This document shows, piece by piece, positions 58,803 through 64,000 of a stretch of DNA of 64,000 nt. Location: assembly GCA_965650765.1 (NCBI GenBank), contig CBFGPV010000006.1, positions 1,245 through 65,244 of the forward strand, written 5' to 3'. Both the position numbers and the translations under genes were made by a program. This DNA is from an uncultured Burkholderiales bacterium. Its GTDB lineage: Bacteria; Pseudomonadota; Gammaproteobacteria; Burkholderiales; Burkholderiaceae_C. Numbering within the stretch: position 1 is the first letter of the stretch; each line of letters starts with the position of its first letter. Under the pieces are notes generated by a model. That model ran no database searches and was not told the DNA's origin. It saw nothing but the letters and a program-made list of their open reading frames with translations.

Positions 58803-59185
58803 CAGTACCTCGGCACCACGGTGGACAGCGTCATCAGCGGCTCGCCGGCCTCGTTGAACATGTTGGCGTCCACCCGGCGGAAATTCGGATTGGGGGTGGG
58901 GCGCACCACCAGCAGCCCCTCGTACTGGCGCCCCCCCTGGGCACAACTGAAGCTGTTGTCGCCCACCGGCGGGAACTGCCGCGCCAGTGCGATGCCGGCC
59001 AGGTGGTTCTCGGCGCACCATTGCGCGGCCATGGTGTCGCCCAGTCGCTCCGCATTGCGGGTGAGCGCACCGGCCGCCTTGATCCCGGCCGACAGCGCCA
59101 GCGCCACCACGGCCAGCGCCACCAGCACTTCGATCAGCGTGAAGCCACGATCAGGGCGCACGGGGGGCCTCGGGCACGATGGCAA
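58802..59185 (-). CDS. gspI: type II secretion system minor pseudopilin GspI
   Basis: Prepilin motif RGFTLIEVLVALAVV. Start is ATG 59185 or GTG 59161. Both overlap the gspH 3' end. Confidence 0.85.
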   Translation of the reverse strand: MPSCPRPPVRPDRGFTLIEVLVALAVVALALSAGIKAAGALTRNAERLGDTMAAQWCAENHLAGIALARQFPPVGDNSFSCAQGGRQYEGLLVVRPTPNPNFRRVDANMFNEAGEPLMTLSTVVPRY

Positions 59186-59657
59186 ACGGTTGCAGGCCGT
59201 CGGTGGCCAGGCTCACCCGGCGATCGTCGAGCGACAGGGTGATGCGCTGTGCGCCGATGATCGGCTCGGGCCCGAGCGTGATCAGCGGCGATCCGATGAT
59301 GTCTGCGCGAACGCCCTCGTTCAGCCAGCGTGTGGGCAGCGCCACGGCATCGGGCAGGCCCACAAAGCGGAACTGGTCACCGCCCTCCTCGGGGTTGCGC
59401 ACCGGTTGCCACCGCACGACCACGCCGGAGGTGCGCGACTCGGCCCGCCCGGCCTCGAGCAGGGCCGAGAGCCGCTCGGCCTCGCGTTCAAGCTGGGTGG
59501 CGGACGGATCGCGGATCGACAGCGTCACGGTGGCCACCACCACGGCCAGCAGGCTCATCACGATCATCAGCTCCAGCAGCGTGAAACCACGCGCCGCGGC
59601 GCGCCGCGGCGCGCGCTGCCGGGTCAGCGCGTCATTGCCAGGAGCCCACGTCGGCAT
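59151..59657 (-). CDS. gspH: type II secretion system minor pseudopilin GspH
   Basis: Prepilin motif RGFTLLELMIVMSLL. ATG 59657 overlaps the gspG 3' end by 26 nt, so the start is uncertain. Confidence 0.78.
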   Translation of the reverse strand: MPTWAPGNDALTRQRAPRRAAARGFTLLELMIVMSLLAVVVATVTLSIRDPSATQLEREAERLSALLEAGRAESRTSGVVVRWQPVRNPEEGGDQFRFVGLPDAVALPTRWLNEGVRADIIGSPLITLGPEPIIGAQRITLSLDDRRVSLATDGLQPFAIVPEAPRAP

Positions 59658-60084
59658 TGTTGCCGTCGCCACCGGTCTGGCCGTCACCGCCATAGCTGAA
59701 GACATCGACTTCACCCTTGACCCCGGGGTTCACATATTGATAAGGGCGGCCCCAGGGGTCGTTGGGCAGCTTGTCGAGGTAGGGCTTCCAGTTCGGAGGG
59801 GCTGGCGCGGCGGTGGGTTTGGCCACCAGGGCCTGCAGGCCCTGCTCGGCCGTCGGGAAGCGCTGGTTGTCGAGCTTGTAGAGCTTGAGCGCCTGCATCA
59901 GGTTGTTCACATCGGTGCGTGCGGCGGTCACCCGGGCGTCGTCGGCACGATCGAGCACGTTGGGCACGATCAGCGCGGCCAGGATGCCGATGATGACCAG
60001 CACCACCATCAGTTCGATCAGCGTGAAGCCTCGCGCGAGGCGCCGGGCGGTCGAAGGCAGGTGTCGTTGCAGTGATGGCAGCAT
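59632..60084 (-). CDS. gspG: type II secretion system major pseudopilin GspG
   Basis: 150 aa. RGFTLIELMVVLVIIGILAALIVPNV and the conserved LKLYKLDN...P motif. Confidence 0.95.
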   Translation of the reverse strand: MLPSLQRHLPSTARRLARGFTLIELMVVLVIIGILAALIVPNVLDRADDARVTAARTDVNNLMQALKLYKLDNQRFPTAEQGLQALVAKPTAAPAPPNWKPYLDKLPNDPWGRPYQYVNPGVKGEVDVFSYGGDGQTGGDGNNADVGSWQ

Positions 60085-60229
60085 GGCAGGCAGGTGGGTG
60101 CGAAACGGGTACGGGACGGATGCGGGTCGGACACGTCACGGGCCGTGCGGGGCCCGCGGGGCCGGCTCGTTTGAGGGAAGCCGGCAACGCAGGCTACGCC
60201 CGGCATCGCCCTTGAATCATAATCGCCCC

Positions 60230-60874
60230 ATGGTCGTGCGACTCATTGCCTTTTGTGTCTGGGCCCTGGCTGCCGGCAGCGCCGTCTTCTGGGCGCTGCG
60301 TGTGGGCGTGCAGCCGGGCGGCCTGCCGGCCCATGCCCTGCCGGTGGCCGCCGAGGTGGCCAACAGTGCGGCGGTCGTGCGCATGCTCGGCGGCAGCAGC
60401 AACCCGGTCGCCACGGCCGCGGCGCCCGAACCCGCCCTGGCCGGGCGCTTCCGCCTGATCGGCGTGATGGCACCGGCCAGCGCGTCGGGTGGCTCCGGCG
60501 TGGCGCTCATCTCGGTCGACGGCAAGAATGCCAAGCCGGTCGCACTGGGCGGCACCGTCGACGGCGAACTGGTCCTGCAGTCGCTGTCGCAGCGCACCGC
60601 CGAACTGGGGCCCTCGGGGGCTGCCCCCGCCGTCACGCTTGAACTGCCCTTGCTGCCCCCGCCGCAGACCGGTTCGCTGCCGCCGGTGGGCGGGCCCTCC
60701 ACGGCGGCGCCCGCCGCGGCGCCACCGCCTGCGCCGCCCGTGCCGTCGCCACCTCCCCCGCCACCGCCGCCCGTGCAGCAGTCCACTGCGGTGCCGCCCG
60801 CCGTCCCCGTGAGCATGCGGGTGCCGGGTGTGGTGATGCCCAACGGCACGGTCCTGGGGGCCCACCGGCAGTGA
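60230..60874 (+). CDS. gspC: GspC-like type II secretion protein (TM + HR-like domain + Pro-rich tail)
   Basis: Divergent from gspG. TM LIAFCVWALAAGSAVFWAL. Segment FRLIGVMA...VALISVDGKNAKPVALGGTVDGELVLQSL resembles the GspC HR domain. No PDZ domain seen. No SD upstream of the ATG. Confidence 0.6.
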   Translation: MVVRLIAFCVWALAAGSAVFWALRVGVQPGGLPAHALPVAAEVANSAAVVRMLGGSSNPVATAAAPEPALAGRFRLIGVMAPASASGGSGVALISVDGKNAKPVALGGTVDGELVLQSLSQRTAELGPSGAAPAVTLELPLLPPPQTGSLPPVGGPSTAAPAAAPPPAPPVPSPPPPPPPPVQQSTAVPPAVPVSMRVPGVVMPNGTVLGAHRQ

Positions 60875-60919
60875 CCGGCGGCATCAGGCGGCACTGACAC
60901 CCGGACAGATCGAGCCGCC

Positions 60920-62800
60920 ATGCCCACGCGATCGATCCCGGCGTCAGACCTCAGGGCCGAGATGCTGCGGCATCCGCCGTTCTCGCACATGGAGCCGGCC
61001 GATGTCGACCGCCTGATCGAGGGCAGCCGACAGGTCCGTCACGGTGCGGGCGAAACCCTGCTCGATCCCGCCGCCGGTGTGGTGCGGCATCTGCGCTACC
61101 TGTGCCGGGGCGCGGTGACGGGGCGGCGCGGCATGGCCGACATGGCGGCGGCCGGTTTCCAGTACGAGGCCGGCGACATCTTTCCGGTGGGGGCCCTGCT
61201 TGGGCAACGGGCGGTCACCGCGGTCTATCAGGCCACCGAGGACACCCTGGTGGTCCTGATCGACGCGCCGCGGGTGCTGGCCGTGGCCGAGCGCAGCCCG
61301 GTGTTTGCCGACTTCCTGAACCGCCGGGTGCTGCGCTTTCTCGAGTTGTCACGCCGTGCGGTGCAGGCGGCGTATTCGTCGCAGACCCTGGCCGAACAAT
61401 CGCTCGAGGCGCCGTTGTCCAGCGTGGCGCGCAAGCTGCCCGTCACCTGCACGCCCGACACGCCCCTGTCCCAGGCGCTGGCCCGCATGCATCAGCAGCG
61501 CATCGGCTCGATGCTCGTGGCCGATGCGCACGGGGCGCTGCAGGGCATCCTGACCCGGCACGACATCCTGGGGCGTGTCACCCTGCCCCAGGTGCCCCTG
61601 TCCACCCCGGTCGAGGCGGTGATGACCCGCCCGGTGCATACACTGACGCTCCATGACACGGCACAGGACGCGGCCCTGCTCATGTCACGCCACGGCATCC
61701 GCCATGTGCCGGTCACCGACGGTGGCCGTGTGGTGAGTCTGGTCAGCGAGCGTGACCTGTTCGTGATGCAGCGCCTGTCGCTCAAGCAGGTCAGCACGGC
61801 CATTCGCGCCGCCCAGGACAAGGCCACGCTGCAGGTGGTCGCGCAGGACATCCGCCGCCTGGCGCACAACCTGCTCGGCCAGGGCGTGCATGCGCGCCAG
61901 TTGACCGAACTGGTGAGCCACCTCAACGACGTGCTGACGATGCGCCTGGTGGAACTGGTGGCGCAGGCCCACGGTCGTGACCTGCGCCGTGCCTGCTGGA
62001 TCGCGCTCGGCTCGGAGGGCCGCAGCGAGCAGACCATCGCCACCGACCAGGACAACGGCCTGGTCTTCGACAGCGACCAGCCCGAGCTGGACCGTCCGGC
62101 CTGGCTGGCCTTTGCCCGCGAGGTCAATGAGGGGCTGGCCGCGTGCGGTTTTCCGCTGTGTCGCGGCGAAGTGATGGCGATGAACCCGTCCTGGTGCCTC
62201 ACCAGCCGCGAATGGTGCGAGCGCTTCGACGACTGGATCGAGCATGGCGGGCCGCAGGACCTGCTGCATGCCAGCATCTTCTTCGACTTCCGTGCATTGG
62301 CAGGCCAGGCCGATCTGGTGCGGCCGATGCGCGAGCTGGTGACGCGCCGGGCGCGCGCCGTGCCGCGTTTCCTGCGGCAGATGGCCGAGGTGGCGCTGCA
62401 GCACCGCCCGCCGCTGAACTGGCTGGGTGGCATCGAGACCACGCCCGATGGCGACCGTCAGGTCGTCGACCTGAAGCTTCAGGGCGCGGCAGTGTTTGTC
62501 GAGACCGCCCGCATCTATGCACTGGCCCATGGGGTCGAGGCCTTGTCGACCCGCCTGCGTTTTGAAAGCGTGGCCCGCGCGATGGGTGTGGAACGCAACG
62601 AGAGCGAGGCCTGGGTGGAGGGCTTCGAGTTCCTGCAGATGCTGCGCCTGCGCGTGCAGATGGCGTCCGACGTGGTGGCCGAACGGCCCAACCTGATCGA
62701 TGTGAAGTCGCTCAACGACATCGACCGGCGCATCCTGAAGGAAACCTTCCGGGTGGCCCGGCGGTTGCAACAGCGGCTGGAACTGGACTACATGCGTTGA
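60920..62800 (+). CDS. cNMP-binding / tandem CBS / DUF294 putative nucleotidyltransferase protein
   Basis: 626 aa. N-terminal cyclic-nucleotide-binding-like fold, two CBS repeats (IGSMLVAD, IRHVPVTD), then a GlnD-like NTase region with GSEGRSEQTIATDQDNGLVF and a DUF294_C-like tail. Confidence 0.85.
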   Translation: MPTRSIPASDLRAEMLRHPPFSHMEPADVDRLIEGSRQVRHGAGETLLDPAAGVVRHLRYLCRGAVTGRRGMADMAAAGFQYEAGDIFPVGALLGQRAVTAVYQATEDTLVVLIDAPRVLAVAERSPVFADFLNRRVLRFLELSRRAVQAAYSSQTLAEQSLEAPLSSVARKLPVTCTPDTPLSQALARMHQQRIGSMLVADAHGALQGILTRHDILGRVTLPQVPLSTPVEAVMTRPVHTLTLHDTAQDAALLMSRHGIRHVPVTDGGRVVSLVSERDLFVMQRLSLKQVSTAIRAAQDKATLQVVAQDIRRLAHNLLGQGVHARQLTELVSHLNDVLTMRLVELVAQAHGRDLRRACWIALGSEGRSEQTIATDQDNGLVFDSDQPELDRPAWLAFAREVNEGLAACGFPLCRGEVMAMNPSWCLTSREWCERFDDWIEHGGPQDLLHASIFFDFRALAGQADLVRPMRELVTRRARAVPRFLRQMAEVALQHRPPLNWLGGIETTPDGDRQVVDLKLQGAAVFVETARIYALAHGVEALSTRLRFESVARAMGVERNESEAWVEGFEFLQMLRLRVQMASDVVAERPNLIDVKSLNDIDRRILKETFRVARRLQQRLELDYMR

Positions 62801-62814
62801 GTCGGCCCCGGCGC

Positions 62815-63855
62815 TCAGAGTTCGCCCGGGCGCGACGGGCCGGGCTCTTCGCCCTCGGCCACTTCGGTCAGCAAGGCGGCGGCGCTGTGCACCAGCGGCC
62901 AGGCCAGTGCCGCGCCGGTGCCATCGACACTCTCCAGGCCCAGTTCCAGCAGCGGCCCGCCCCTGAAGTGTTCCAGCGCCACGCTCAGGCCCTGGCGGCT
63001 GTGGCTGCGGGCAAAAACAGCGTAGTCGCCCACCGTGGCGGCGATCTTCGCGGCGACCGACAGGGCAGCACAGGCGCCCAGGCCATCGACGATGATCAAG
63101 CGGCGCTTGCCGGCCGCCACCAGCATGGCGCCCACCATCATCGCGAGTTCGAATCCGCCCACGGCGGCCAGGCTCTCGACCGGATCGCCATGCTGGCGAT
63201 GGCGCTCCAGCGTGGCACCCAGCACCGTCATCAGGTGGTCGCGGCGCTCGGCCGGCATCGCCGGGTCCAGGGCGAGGTCCTGGATCGACAGGCCGGTCAC
63301 GCGGGACAGCACCAGGGCGGCACTTTCCTCGGTCCCCACCCCCACGCTGGCGCAGGCCAGCACATTGCCGGGCAGCGCATCCGCGATCTCCATGCCGGCG
63401 CGGATGGCCGCCTGGGCCTGGTCGACCGTCATGGCTGAACCGACCCGTGCATTGCGGGTGCCGTGAGCGATCTTGCGCGACAGCAGCAGCGGGTGCCGCG
63501 CCATCGACTCGGACAGGCCGCTGTCAACGACCGTCAGGCCCACGCCATGGATGCGGGCGAACACGGCCAGCGGCGTGCGCGCGGTGACGATGGCGTGCAC
63601 CTGATCGGCGCTGGATGCACCGCTGCGCTGCGCAATACCGTCGACCGCCAGGCCGTGGTCGGCGGCAAACACCACCAGTTGAGGGTTGTGCAGACGAGGC
63701 TTGAGCGTGTTCTGCATCAGCCCGAGGCGCACGGCCAGGGGTTCCAGGTCACCCAGGCTACCGGCCGCGGCGCTGCGCCGCGCCAGCTTCTGGCGCAGGG
63801 CCTGTTCCAGCGGCGGGTGCGCCGTGGGGGCGATCAGCGAGCGGTTGTGCGACAT
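62815..63855 (-). CDS. cobT: nicotinate-nucleotide--dimethylbenzimidazole phosphoribosyltransferase
   Basis: 346 aa. Contains VVFAADHGL, GVGTEESA and the IIVDGLGACAA pattern typical of CobT. Confidence 0.92.
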   Translation of the reverse strand: MSHNRSLIAPTAHPPLEQALRQKLARRSAAAGSLGDLEPLAVRLGLMQNTLKPRLHNPQLVVFAADHGLAVDGIAQRSGASSADQVHAIVTARTPLAVFARIHGVGLTVVDSGLSESMARHPLLLSRKIAHGTRNARVGSAMTVDQAQAAIRAGMEIADALPGNVLACASVGVGTEESAALVLSRVTGLSIQDLALDPAMPAERRDHLMTVLGATLERHRQHGDPVESLAAVGGFELAMMVGAMLVAAGKRRLIIVDGLGACAALSVAAKIAATVGDYAVFARSHSRQGLSVALEHFRGGPLLELGLESVDGTGAALAWPLVHSAAALLTEVAEGEEPGPSRPGEL

Positions 63856-64000
63856 GGTGGCCGGTGCGAGTGAGGGGCAGGGCAGGCGAATGCCCCCACC
63901 CCGGATTCAGGATTGTTTCAGCCGCCGGGCCGATGCGCAATCGCCGCCGGTCCCCATGATGGGGGACGTGCCGCCGTCCGGCCCAGATCAGGCCGAGCGC

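Noticed and set aside
59591-59610. Tandem GCGCCGCGGC x2
   Set aside because: It lies inside the gspH coding region, where it encodes the Arg/Ala-rich prepilin leader (RAPRRAAAR). It is trivial GC-rich codon repetition, not a structural repeat.
63856-64000. Possible 3' part of a cobalamin riboswitch upstream of cobT (B12-box-like catcatggggaccggcg on the minus strand)
   Set aside because: Only about 11 of 16 positions match my recollection of the B12 box. The segment instead forms a simple hairpin (gtcccc-catcat-ggggac). The rest of any riboswitch would lie beyond the window edge. An Rfam scan of the extended region would settle it.

Overview
High-GC chromosome segment (roughly two-thirds to 70% G+C by eye, not computed). 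Gene content and order point to a betaproteobacterium of the Burkholderiales, perhaps the Comamonadaceae or Rubrivivax-Leptothrix group. The evidence is fur-bamE-dapB-exbBD-leuS-lptE-holA, hpf-ptsN-hprK, an orphan Bug/TctC binding protein, and a gspC / gspGHIJKLMNDEF cluster. This taxonomic placement is inference only. I call about 60 protein genes, almost all housekeeping or transport. They include: an aminopeptidase P fragment, an MFS transporter, hpf/ptsN/hprK, fur, bamE, dapB, an ExbB/ExbD pair, leuS, lptE, holA, a lipoprotein pullulanase, an amino-acid ABC binding protein plus permease, htpG with a textbook sigma-32 promoter, an SrkA-like kinase, a DUF2726 protein, a GNAT, rplM-rpsI, argC, a bactofilin pair, erpA, anmK plus an M23 peptidase, tyrS, a CDF transporter, dtd, and small rhodanese and cupin proteins. 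Larger units are an 8-gene operon of a Liv-type ABC importer bracketed by two adenylate-forming CoA ligases with a divergent Crp/Fnr regulator, an isolated AAA+ ATPase plus 5'-nucleotidase pair, an OmpR-type regulator with a hybrid PAS kinase and a convergent globin, a complete type II secretion cluster, a cNMP/CBS/DUF294 protein and cobT. I saw no rRNA, tRNA, CRISPR array, transposase or integrase. Nothing here is an obvious textbook defence island. The items most worth a second look are: (i) the protease-less Lon-type AAA+ ATPase plus cN-I-like 5'-nucleotidase operon; (ii) a 336-bp AT-rich spacer inside the T2SS operon with a duplicated palindromic module and a 66-codon repeat-containing ORF that ends in a GTGA overlap with gspL; (iii) the transporter-plus-two-ligases operon with its palindromic operator; (iv) repeated ACTACA-type motifs in front of the pullulanase gene. 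Gene starts were set by hand from SD and overlap logic and homolog N-termini recalled from memory, so they are less certain than stops. Several very long ORFs antisense to real genes are GC3 shadow ORFs and were rejected.
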